A stretch of DNA of 64,000 nt from Podarcis bocagei. Lineage: Eukaryota. The stretch lies in the NCBI GenBank assembly GCA_964188305.1, contig OZ076887.1. The stretch is one strand, 5' to 3'. The position numbers and the translations under genes were made by a program. Shown in pieces: positions 51,690 to 63,875 of this stretch (position 1 is the stretch's first letter; each line of letters starts with the position of its first letter). Under the pieces are notes generated by a model. The model did no database searches. It was given only the letters and a program-made list of their open reading frames with translations, and was not told the origin of the DNA.

Positions 51690-52090
51690 ACAACTCTTGG
51701 ATGAATGCCATTGAGGTCTGGTGATTTGTCAGTTTTTATTTCGTCAATAAGGCCTAGAACTTTGTCACAACTATTTCCTTCAATTCCTCACTCTCTCCTA
51801 GAGTTAATTCAGGCTCGGGAATCAGCCCTATATCTTCTGCTGTGAAGATAAAGGGAAATAATTCATTCAGCTTCTCTGCAATCTTCTTTTCCTCTGTTTG
51901 CAGATCTTTGATTCCCGTGTCACTAAGGTCCAACTGCCTCCCTAGACAGTCTCTTGCTACTAAGGCATTTAAATATGTTGCTGATGGTGGCCATTATGCT
52001 TTTAGCAATGTGCACCTCAAATTCCTTTTTAGCATACTTTCTTGTCTGTGTGCATTTTCCTTTGCAAAGTTTGTGTTCCTTTTTGTTCTC
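51690..52090 (-). mobile_element. CR1 LINE ORF2 relic (frameshifted)
   Basis: Reads across frameshifts as AKKEFEVHIAKSI..NIFKCLSSKRLSREAVGP / EKKIAEKLNELFPFIFTAED / VLGLIDEIKTDKSPDLNGIHPRV. These resemble the CR1 motifs AEKLNEFFASVFT and KSPGPDGIHPRVL. Confidence 0.88.
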
Positions 52091-54576
52091 ATTATTTTGA
52101 AAGAAGTGTCTGTGAACCTGGGAGTTTTGAGGATGTTCAGAAACTGAACTAAATCTCAGAGCGTCACCTGCAGTAGCTTTTCTGACCCTCTTGTTAACCA
52201 CAGTGGCATCCCCCTGGCCCCAGTGGTACATTCCCTGATCTTCCATATGTACTCCAGTTGAGCTTGGAATATTGTATTTTTAAAGCATTTTGGAAAGATT
52301 AGACCCTCTTGACTTTGCCTTTTGACTTCCTTTTTACCAATCCCTTTATTCTGGGGAAGGGAAACTGTATTTTTAGCAATACCTTTCACCAGTTTGAAGT
52401 TGAATGTGATGACCATCTTGCATGTTCTTGGCAATTGGCATTTTACATATATATTTAATTTAATAGCACTGTGCTCACTGTTCCCAATTGTTTCAGTAAC
52501 ACTTACTACAGTACTCATACCACATCCTGGGCACCACGTACAAGCTCAGAGATCTAGCTTGAATGGCCTGTGGTTTCTCTTTCGGGCTTCTACAGGTCTT
52601 TGTATCACTTGTACTGTTTGCAATAAGATAGCTGTCTGGGAAGAGCTTTTTCAGTGCCCTTCCTGCATTTCAACGTTTTTTTTCATCCTCCTCCTCCTCC
52701 AGTCTTGGGGAGTGGGAATTCATCAAGGTCCACAGTGACGTGAATACAAGGAGAACTGAAAGTGATCCGATGTTGGAGAAAGTGCCTCAGATTTACTTGC
52801 CTCAGCACTTTCTGCTCCTCCAGCACGAAGGATCTTCTTACATAGGCAGAAGCAAAATAAATGTCATTCAATGACACTTTCTCCTTGGACAAAGCAGACA
52901 AAGGGAGGCAGGGTGAGGGAATCCTTTTTTTCTTTCCTTTCCTAAGCGGCTTTACTTGAAGGAATCCAAGTTCAGCTAATTAGTATGCTTGATTAGAAGG
53001 CAAGGACCAGGACCCTTTCCAGAACTTACACAAGGAGTCGTCGTATACTTGCCCATAGGAAGCTACCATATGCATTGTTCCATGCAACTCAGTACTGCCT
53101 ACAATGAATGGCAGCATCAGTCCAAGTTTTTAGATGGGGGACATTTTCATTCAATCCCAATGCCGGGGATTATACCTGGGACCTTTTGCACATGCTCTAC
53201 CTCTGAGCCACGTCCCTTCTATCTAGTCCAGTATTGTCTACAGACAGCTAGCAGCTGCTTTCAAGGTGAGGGTCTTACCCAGAGGCCTGTGTGAGGTGAG
53301 TGGTGGTGGGGACAGCAGGACTGGGGAAGGAAATGACAGAAGAAATGGTGGCTGCCTTCTCTTCTGCTGCAACGGCAGAATTGAAAGCATATGAATGTTC
53401 TTTGGCTTGCAACCTTGCCTCCAGAGGAGACGAAATAAAATGTGCAGGCAGCTATGCATGCATTAACTGCATTATTAACACAGTTGCCTGCCTCTATTAA
53501 GCTAGAGAGACAAGAATAAATATCCAGACGATGACTGAAGACATCCTTTGCCAACCTGGTGCCATCGAGATGTTTTGGAGTCGACATGCCAGCTGGGACA
53601 GATGGAAGTTGTGGTGTAAAAATCAGGGAGGTTGGCAAAGGCTGATCTGTGAATTCTTGGTGAAGGGTACTGGAAGTCATTTCCCCCTCAAAGCCAAGTG
53701 GGATGCTGCATAAGCGCCCTGCGGTTGCCAACTTTTCAACTGGCTCCATTTGGTGTGCCTTTCACCACTGATTTGCAGACCTTAGCGGGTGGAGCGATGC
53801 TCCATGCTGTGAAAAGGCTTCAACTACTGGCTCCTGCTTATTAAATGACTCTTAAGAAGTCATCCCTGCTGGGCAGGGCCCCAGCTCAGTGGTGAAGCAC
53901 CCGCTTTGCATGCTGAATGTCCCAGGTTCAATTCCCCAGGCTGAGAATACTGCCTGTGTGGAACCCCGAAGAACCACAGAACCATAGAGTTGGAAGGGAC
54001 TCCAAGGGTCAGGCCAGTCAGTGTAGACAACACTGAGCTAGACAGACTAGTGTTCTGACTTGTTATAATGACTACATCCTAAAGGCTCCTCCCCCCGCCC
54101 CCCGCAGCTGCCCAATCAAGTGGCAACCCAGGAAACACATGATCCTTTTTACAACACAGTGGCAGCAAAACAAAGGCAACAGAGCCTTCTTCCTTCCAAA
54201 GGTGGCGAACCTCAGGCCCGGTAGTGGTCCGTTGCTGGGTTGCAATGCATCCTTGAACTGTGACAGCGCCTCTTGCCTTTCCTGGATGGGAATGGAGAGG
54301 ATCTCTGTGTTCAGAAACTTCAGGCTTGCATGCGGCTGGAATGTGGCCTATTTGTACAAAAGTAAGAATCACACCCAGTTGTTTCACCCACTTTCTGCCT
54401 CTCGCCCTGCCCACCGCTGCCACACAATCCCTGCTAAAAACATTTTTGTTTGGATAAACCTAACCAGATATGGCAGGTGCTTTTATCTTATCAATGACTT
54501 TAATTATTTTTGAATGTTTTAAAATAGCTGTTTTAACTCTTTTTTACTGATAATTTTATCGTTCTATTCTTTTTGA

Positions 54577-54627
54577 ATATATATATATATATATATATAT
54601 AGTGTATATATATATATATATATATAT
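54577..54627. repeat. (TA)n microsatellite, interrupted
   Basis: Read directly from the sequence. Confidence 0.95.
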
Positions 54628-55379
54628 TGTGTACATATTGTACATATATCTATTCTTTTGTATATATATTCTCTTTGAGGTTTGTAAAAAAACAACACAA
54701 AAAACCCAAGCAGTGTATAATTTTTATGATATAATAATAATTAAAAAATGGTTTTTTATTTATTTACTGCCTTTCACCCAAAGGTCCCAGGGTGAAACCC
54801 AATATTAAAAGCAAACTTTTAAAACAACTTTCTTTAAAAAGGTGCAAATTATTTTCTTTCTTTTTTGCACAGCAAAATGTTCCAGCTAGAAAATGCTTGA
54901 AAATGTTCAAGTGATACTTGTGAGCATGCTCAAAATGATATCCAGCTTGGACCAAGAGCAGAAAACAGTAGGGGGGGGGCGGGCGGTGTCTGGCTCACCT
55001 GTCTGGCTTGTGGACTACCTGATGAGCCACTGTAGAGAGCAGGATGCTGCACTAGGATGCCTGTTGGGATGGTCCAGCAGGGCTCCTCTTATGCTGTTAG
55101 GTATAAGGGTTGAGCATATGTCGTGACAAAAACAGCAGTACCCCGATCACAAAGCCGATAAGCAAAAGTAAATCAGCAGTTGTTTTTAAAATTCTGCCTA
55201 GCAATTATTCCGAGCAAGCGAACAGATCCGCGAGAGAAAAAGAAATAAAAGAGGGTTTTGTCGTTATTGTTTTTAAATTACAGCTTGAATACTAACAGAG
55301 AAACGACCTTTCCATGAGATACTCTCAAAGGCTGCAGAAACCAGCTGAAAAAATGCAGAGGAAGACTTTAAACATTGGA

Positions 55380-55398
55380 GAGTGCCCTCTGGTGGCCG
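55380..55398 (-). promoter_or_regulatory. Candidate CTCF site
   Basis: CGGCCACCAGAGGGCACTC closely fits the CCASYAGRKGGCR core and lies in a locally CpG-retaining patch. Confidence 0.6.
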
Positions 55399-58300
55399 AC
55401 ACACACACAACTTCTTAAAACAATATTGTTTCCAAACCCCAACCACACCCCAAATAAGCAACTGTAAACGCGGGGGGGGGGGGGGCGAGTGAGAGCAAAG
55501 CCCTTGCCCAAGGCAGTATTATGCTCACCAGGTGCTCTGAAAGGCCTCTCTGTAGCGTTTGAGCGCTGATTCTAGTTTCATACATTAAAGTCATCCTTTT
55601 GATGTCGCAGTTCTCAAGGGATGAAAAAGCATGGGTAATGCAAAGGTATGCCATTTCCATCATCGCCGCCACCACGGCCCCAAATTGAGAGAATATTTGC
55701 ATCTAGCAACATCTGACCAGGTATACTTTCCACTCATAGTAAACCACTTTCAAGTACTGTTATTTCAGTGAACAAATAAATGAAGTTTTATAGAAACATT
55801 TTTTCTTGGGGGTGGGGGAGGAACTTTGTAAGATCAAAAGATGTCCTTACCAACAGAGCCTGAAAGCAGGATAACTACCCTTGTAAACTCTGGCCTAGTT
55901 CACTGCATCTGATTCATTCGAAGTGATAAGCACTCACAGGTGCAAATGCAAAACCAGTTTATGGAGGGGAGTGCACAGGAAAGGTCAGTGGGAAAACTGC
56001 TGGAGGGTGAGGCTTTCATTGATAAAATAAATGCGGATGTGTTCCTACACAAGGTTCTGTCAAGGAAGAATAATTATGATTCCAATGAGATCTCTCTCTC
56101 TCCCCCCCCCCCATTCTCAAGTATAATAGAAAGCAATCTGTTCTCAAAATGGATAAAACAGGAAATATCAGTATCTAGCAGATAAAGAGCATATCATTTA
56201 TTATTAATGAAATTTGTGGTTCAATTGCAACAAATACTGAGCATTTAATACCAAGTTTTCCGTCAATAAATGCATCCCCTATGATATGCAATACTACTTG
56301 CCATCACTTGGGAGACCCAACTGATGCTTTATTTATTCAGTAAGAATTCCAGCTTTGCCTTTCAATGTGACCTACTGTGTTCTCTACTCACAGATAACCC
56401 ATGCACATTAATGGAACTTCTGCTGACGCAGTGCTGCAAGGATCAGACCAGTGTAATACGTGAATTTATTTCTCAATCAACAAGAGAACAGTCTTTGATA
56501 AGTGCAGTGCAGTCCTACGTCTCTCTGTTCAGAAGCATCCCCTCCCCACTTAATTCAATGAGACTTACTCATAGGTAAGCGTGTATAGGATTTCAGCCAG
56601 AATGGTACAAAACTACAAGGGAAAAAAGACGAAAGCCTAGGGGATAAAAAGAAAGCACAGGCAAATGCTGTTATTCATTAAGTCTCTTGACTAAAGCCTT
56701 GACTGTTACTTCACTCTTGAGCTGTTTCACACACACATCCAAGCAACTGGACTAAAGGATACACATGATGCTTAAGAAAACTGTGAAATCTCTTCCTTTG
56801 TTTGAAACAGCATAGCAAAATCACAGCTGTATTTCTAACAGCAAAAGCCCTCTGATATAAGGAAAGCTGTTAAGAGCGTTGCTTTCAGTTCCATTCTGGA
56901 GTCGTGATTTTGTCTTTTATGGCAAGTACAACTAAGAGAAATAATCTGAAATGATCTTGAACGAGATTGTCTTTTACTAAAGGTCACACCAGTCTTGTCC
57001 ATCAATGCACTTCTGTTACAAGCACATTCTCCCTGGTTCTCAGCATGAACTCTACATAGCTTTGGATACAGGAGGAATACAGAGACCCTCTTGTGTGGAA
57101 TGTGCTCTAGTGCATTCATTGTGCGGAGAAGGGGAAAATGTTCTGCTTATGTCAGTGCCCTGCAGAGACTGGAGAACTGCTGGTGCTGCCGTCACTGGGC
57201 ACCAAAACCAGGGCACAGATTGGGCACCAAAGCCAGAGTCAGTCACTAAGGAGCCAGCTATTTGTTTCACAACAAAGCACTGCAAGTAAGTAGTAGTTGA
57301 GGGCTGGGTAGAGATTAGATCAGAAATCAACACCAACACATACAGTAACTTGAAGACACGCTGCGAAGTTCAGTAACCCCCAAATTCAGGACATCAACCA
57401 AGTGTGGGCTGTGGACCTCATTACACTTGGTTTCTGTTACCCTAAAGGTGGAAAAGTACCAAATTATCTCCTAGGCGAGACCCACATTGCAGCCCCTGCA
57501 TTTGCAAGGCAGGGTTGCCTTGGGGATTTTTGCAAATGCAATTGCTGCTCACCATGGAGCACATTCATAACTCGAGTCCATACTACCTGCCACTGGGAAG
57601 CACAATAAAAAGTGGGAGGATCTATGTGGTATTTGAGATGTCTTTTTAAAAATTATGTACTCAGGGTTTATGTAGACTGCTTGATTGTAAAAGCAACAGC
57701 AACTTCTAAGTAGATTACCAAAATATATCCCCTGCCATCACTGATTCTCCACCTCCCACTGCGTGTTACATAGCCTGTTTCTTTCCTTATGCCTAATTCT
57801 CTTTCCCATGCCATACCCTGGCAGGGCGAACCATTCACTGTGTATCCATCCATTCAAGGCAGCAGCAAGCACAGAGTGAATCAAAAGGAGGCAAGGAGCA
57901 ATACCAGTCTTAAAAAACACCAGCCCTGAACGTGGATCAGCCCCTAAAGTTCAAAAAATAATCTATCACAATCTTAAAAACTGGAACACAGAAGAAGCTG
58001 GATTTTCAACCAACCAGCCAATCAATATCCAATGCATATGGTACCTTAGGAAACAAATTCAGCACCTTAAAGCAGCCTTCCCAACCTGGTGCTCTGTAGA
58101 TGCTTAGAACTACAACTTCCATCTAGCTGATGGAAGCAGCACAACATAGCTATGCCAGTCACATTAAATCACCACCATATTTTAAAGACAGGGAGAAACT
58201 CCACTGGTAGGACTCCCAGCCTAAATAAGGACACACTTTCTCTGCACCTTGTGCTATTGGTTACTTATTAGTTTTCCACGCTAATAGCGGAAGCACATGC

Positions 58301-58891
58301 ACGATAAATGAGAAGCAAATCACGTCTGAGAGGTAACATGATTTATGCAATTGGCATTTAGCTATAGATCCATGGTACTGCTAAGCAATACTTTAATTCC
58401 TTCAAATATGGACCAGTTGGCTAGCAGTACATAAGCCACCAATTATGGCTGCGAAAGGACAATTTCAATGGGACATGGATGGGATCCTAACAGAAGCATC
58501 ACAGAAGGAAGGAAGGATTTTCTTGAAGTGGATTGTGCCCAAGTAAGCCATAAGGAAAGTGTTGTGTATCCATATATAGGCATCTTTGGAATAAATGCCA
58601 TATTAGATCTGCTTCTCGTTACCGACATCTGTATGAAATACATAGTAACATATTACATAGATTAAAATATGTGCGCATGGGCTTAGCACACAACTTTTCT
58701 CTTTAAAATCCACAGAATGGGAGACTTGCAAAGGATCAGCCCCCTTGCCCATGTGCTTTGAGTAAATAAGTGCAGTGCACATTTTGTACTCGCTATACTA
58801 CTGATACTTGCAGCAAGATTCATTTAGATTAGATATACAGCCTTGTTTGCCACTGGATACGGGGAGTGGGACCTTTTTAGCAATTCAAATA

Positions 58892-59208
58892 CAGTGGTGC
58901 CTCGCAAGACGAAAATAATCCGTTCCATGAGTCTCTTTGTCTAGCGGTTTTTTCGTTTTGCGAAGCAACCCTATTAGTGGCTTAGCGGATTAGCGCTATT
59001 AGCGGTTTAGCGGCTATTAAAGGCTTAGCGGCTAAAAGGCTATTAGTGGCTTAGAGGCTTAGAAAAGGGGGGGGGAGCGAAAAAAATCGCAAGAAAAAAA
59101 GCAAGCCCATAGGGAAATTCATCTTGCGAAGCGCATCGAAAAACGGAAAACCCTTTCGTCTAGCGGGTTTTTCGTCTTGCGAGGCATTCGTCTTGCGGGG
59201 CACCATTG
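58892..59208. mobile_element. Tc1/mariner-pogo MITE, family A, copy 2 (inverted relative to copy 1)
   Basis: Same TIRs, TA duplication and internal repeats as 4395-4723, in reverse complement. Confidence 0.9.
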
Positions 59209-59419
59209 TACATGTACAAACCTGTAACTTTAATGGAATTATGTGCTTTATATAATTGTTTCAACAATTACTGCCTATGCATTTCTTAATACAAAGAAGA
59301 ACTCTTTCTTTTAAGGGCATCTGTCCAATACTTACTCAGTTTTTCACACACCCATGTGAAACTACTTGCATTTACTAAATAATTAGATCAAGGCAAAGTA
59401 GGAACCTGCTAACTGATAC

Positions 59420-59425
59420 TTTATT
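59420..59425 (-). terminator. Candidate MCM9 polyadenylation signal (AATAAA)
   Basis: First canonical AATAAA I found downstream of the MCM9 stop, about 1.35 kb away, followed by T/GT-rich sequence. No transcript data. Confidence 0.45.
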
Positions 59426-60765
59426 GAAGGACAGCAATGAAGATCACAGATTTTAAATAGCGTATGTATGGTGCCAAAGCCCATCTCCTCCATCAATCAT
59501 TTTAAGCTGTGCAGTTTCTTTGGACTGGGCAAAGAAATAAAACCCCTTATTGAACAAATACGTATGTACTCCCCCAATTATTGTGATATAATACAACAAA
59601 GAAAAAACTAATTTATGTTGAGGGACCTATAGCAAATAATTAAATGAAATTCTCCAGTAAAATACCATGAACCGAACAGCTTTGGGTTATTCTGTATTAC
59701 TAGATGAACAGAGCTCATTCATAGTCTTTGCACAAAAAGCTGTGGTATGTTACTTACGCCACAAAATGTAAATTTCGCAGCTGGAAGACAATGAAAGGCG
59801 TAGCCCAAAAGCCACATTCTGAAATGGAACCAGCCTGGGATAAATGATTTGAGGTGCTTTATGGCCTAAGCATTGCAATGCAGCAAGCATTAAAAGCAAG
59901 ATGGAGAAGAGAAAACTATACAATAGCTCTTTTTAAAGGCATGATTTTTCTCGGGTGGGAGGTATTAATAGGAAGATGACTATAATTACACCTGGTGGAA
60001 TCAAGCATTTGTGCAGTAAACTGACTGAAAGAGAAATCTAAATAAAAAAACCTATGCTTCATTGTCAGGGGTTATTCCTCCCTCGGTTTAACCAAGTGGT
60101 ATCTAAAATATGCCAATAAAACAGTCAGTGGAATCAGACATCTTGGAGGAAAAGAGGAATTAGTTGCAATGGCACCTGATCTGGTGCTTGCCTCAAGGCA
60201 ATGCTCCATAGTAGTCTATCTTCAACACAGTAGTCTGCTAACTCCATAGCTGTCTACTAACTTCTGTTTGAGGACAGCAGTCTGGGTGTCCTAAAAGTAC
60301 CACATTTAAGGAGGCCAAGATTTAGAAAACCTGTATGTTCTTTATAATTACCTTGAATCCTAACTAGGTTTCTGCGAATGGAGAGGATCCTTCCATTCAC
60401 TGATGGGACTTGGATCTAGTGCATGATTCTGCTGGCAGAAAGGGGCAAGGCATTTTCTCCAGTTCTTCATTCCCATGTCTCATGCTGCTTTGGAGAACTG
60501 TCCAAACAAGGTTTTTGGGACAGGGCAGGAGGGACGGGACTACAAAAGGAAGGAGAAAATTACTGAAGGTCACTTCTCCTGTTCTGCTGACAGAAGTATC
60601 ACATGAGTGGAACTTTGCTCAGAGGATGCTTCCACCAGCAGGAGTAAGCTCAGGATCCCAGCCTTTGTAAAGAGGCCATTTTGTAGGTTCATTTAGGCAA
60701 GATTAAAACAGATTTCATTTTCAGCATTTTGCAGTGCCATTTTGAGGAGGAAGCAGAAGTTCTTT

Positions 60766-62218
60766 TTAAGAGTTGAGTTTCCTCTTGCTTTCTTCATCCC
60801 AGTCAAAGTCTAGGGTGGAATCATCAAAATCAGCTACTGAGAACAAAGATTTCCCTGTGCCAGTGCTGGCTCTTCCCAGTTCAAAGCACATCCTTGAGTG
60901 CCCCACGCTATTGGAGGTTGGGGCTTCCAATGGCTCCCTCTGTCTGTCCCTGTCATTACTGGTGACATGCAACAAAACTGGAGACCTTGGCTTTGATTCA
61001 GCTGATGGCTTGAAGGCAAAGCTGGCTAATTTTGCCAGTATACTGGAGCACACTTTTTTCGTGTTCGCACCATCTGATATTTCCTCTCTCATTCTTGCCT
61101 TTTTTGTGGAGGAAGGGAGTGAATGATCGTTTTGCTCCTCCTCCTCTCTTTGGTTATCACAAGGGCGTTTCTCCATTCTATTATTTCCCACCTTAGTATT
61201 GTGTTCCTTGTGGTGTTTCTCAGGACAGCCTTGTCCCCTTGGCTTCCCCACTTTTGACACGGTTTTGGTAGAGGTGTGAGGGCTGCAGACAGTATCAGGC
61301 AATTGGGCATGATTTTCATTTTCGGAAGGCCAAGCAAGCTTCGGCTTCTGCTTACGTTGAAACTTAGCTAGTTTAGCAGCCGCAGGTCCCAAATCTTCCA
61401 GGATTTCAGGTTTAGTAGAACTTCCTGATGCACCTTTATTTGTTTGGCCTCTGTTTCGCTTTCTGGTTGAAGTAGCAGACTTCTGTTGCCTTAAAAATGC
61501 ACTGTGAGGTGGGGAAGCACCCAAGTCTGTTCTGGGGTGTTGTGGAACAGCAGCTGGACCAGGAGAAAATAAAGTTGGAGAACACTCAACCTTAGGATCT
61601 GGGGTACTTGCACAAAACCCATTAACTCCTTCAATGTTTTCCCTGTGCCATTTCTTAGAGGCCCTGTGAGTAATCACTAAATCAGGTGAGGTACAATCTG
61701 CTGCATTTGGGCCTTTGTCACTTGCTCCTGAAGGTAAGCTTGTGGGCTTGGTTGCCTTCCCCCCATCAAGACTAGAGGCAGCCTGTCTGCAAGCATTTCC
61801 CAGGGCTATTGTTGTTGGTGTGGTTTGCTTGGCTTCACTTAAGTCATTTCTTTCTTTAGAGCAGGGTTTGTTGTGTGGGGCTTTCAAAGACGTTCTTGCA
61901 GTTGGAGACATTCTTGCAACTGGAGACTCATAAATGCTCTTCTCAGCTTCAGTGCTGCTGTCCGTCATACTGTCAAACCAGCTCAAGCTACTGTCCTTGC
62001 TGCATTCACTGGGTTTGCCCCATTCCTTTGTTACTCTGTTATCATCAGATGTCTGGCTGCTTGAGAATATTGGATACTTATCAGGTTGCAATTGTATATT
62101 ATTGCCCTCTTGGTCTGAATGTTGTGGACGAGACATCTGCTCCGGTTTCTCAAGTGTGCGATTGTTTGAGGATGCCTCTTTGGACTGCAGAAACTGAGAC
62201 GAATTTTCATTCTGCAAT
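60766..62218 (-). CDS. MCM9: MCM9 terminal coding exon; long, low-complexity C-terminal extension
   Basis: Acceptor ctgttttgcag| (phase 2) and an open frame to TAA at 60766-60768. Carries MCM9-like islands SLSWFD, AKLAKF, LAKLASFAFKP and SLF...DFDWDEE. The start in the ORF track (62235) is intronic. Confidence 0.93.
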
Positions 62219-62546
62219 CTGCAAAACAGAAACAAAACATATTTTACAAAAATAAACTATATTTTCCCCTTCCCTGATCCTATGAAATGCAGGATCTGAT
62301 CCATCTATGTTTGAGTTTACAGCCCTAATTATTTATTTTGATTTTGGTAAGCATATAAGTAAATGAAAGCAACTGTCTAATTACAGAGTTATTATTCGGC
62401 ACCATGCCTCTTCACTTTGATACCCTGGACAGTAAGTTTATTAGTGGCCATCCTATGCTACTGCCTATTGCAACAGCACATGTGTTGCCTGAATCCACTG
62501 TGATTTGCAAGGGCTTTTTTTTGCCTCCCGTATAAATGTTTATCAC

Positions 62547-62692
62547 CTGTCAAGTCTTTGGAATTCTTCACGCAGAATGTCCTGGAGTTCCAGCTTCTCG
62601 AGGATCAGTTTACACTGCAATCGATACTGCTCCAGTGGATTTTCAGGAAATGATGTGTGCAGTGCATTGACACCTCCAAGGAGTGCACCTCC
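62547..62692 (-). CDS. MCM9: MCM9 penultimate coding exon (146 nt)
   Basis: Acceptor tcctatag|, peptide [48 protein letters not shown](R), donor AG|GTGATA. Phase 0 to 2. Confidence 0.96.
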
Positions 62693-63189
62693 CTATAGGA
62701 AAGAAGAAGAGAGAAATACAATGCAAATGAACTTTAATTAGATATGTCTGTGTGTAAACTTATATGCCGTTAAAAGGGTTATGACACAGCACACAGATCG
62801 GCAGGTTTTCTAGCACTGAATAAAACTGCTATCAAACTAACCCTGTATCTTTAGCTTATAAAAACAGGCATTTGCACCCTTCTTAAGTGCAGCGTGTGTG
62901 GGCACAATGACACGCACGGGGACCTTCCATTCTGCCTGCACAAGGCTCTCCTTCCCTGATGCCTTGCTCAGCATCATGGTTTCAGTAGTGGTGGTGGTAG
63001 GACAGTAGAAGCAGAAGACATTTTATTTACAGGCTCAAATGTACAAAACTGAGGGCTAATGTTAGGAATTGTTGAAGATTAGTTCTGAGGTGTGGAAACG
63101 TGGTCTCCTTGTTGCGTTGTGAAGCTTGCTTCCGATCACATGTACCACAAAGAACTGTTTCAACTGCCAGTCTCTACAAGGAAACTCAC

Positions 63190-63272
63190 CTGCATTGAAG
63201 ACTCCATCACTGAAACCACGGTTACTGCATCTTCCACAGTCACAGTATCTCTAAACATCAACCGAGCATGTG
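63190..63272 (-). CDS. MCM9: MCM9 coding exon (83 nt)
   Basis: Acceptor gtttttag|, peptide (A)[27 protein letters not shown], donor CAG|GTGAGT. Phase 1 to 0 fits both neighbours. Confidence 0.96.
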
Positions 63273-63875
63273 CTAAAAACAAACAACAACAACAAATGTT
63301 GCTGAAACTGATGAGCAGATGGCTAGGTTAAATTTATTAAATGCATATGCCACCTATTTAGAAAGCTCTAGATGGAAAGCGATAATGGAATTACACTAGC
63401 AACAGTTTCCGATTTAAATCTTAAAAAAGTACTGTTGCACATGACCCCAACCTCTGAGCAGTGTGAGATTCCAGGGTTTCCAGGTGCTTGCTTACACCCA
63501 CCAACTGAAGCACTGCTTACCCATATTAGGGCTCCTGGTGGTAGGTGTAGTATTTAAAAGCCTCTCAATCCGTGTTACAACTCACACATTTGCAAGCCAG
63601 AGTGGCCATAGCCTAGCTACCGCATACAATGCTGGGGCATGGAAACCCTATATATGCAAGTGCTGCTGCACTGTATAAAACCCTTTTAGAGGTTCACCAT
63701 ACTGAGTGCCAACAGAAACAAGCATTTGTTGTAGCCCCTGGAGCATTCAAACACGCACTTAGGAGTTTAGTCCAATCAGCTGCATGACCTGGTTCCAGCA
63801 CTGCCATGAAACGTTTCCCAATTTATTTTGTGTGATGTAAGTGCTAGAAAAAGACGAGGAAACCCAAGCTCTCAC

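Noticed and set aside
60773-62255. Plus-strand ORFs opposite the MCM9 last exon
   Set aside because: These are antisense shadows of a long coding exon.
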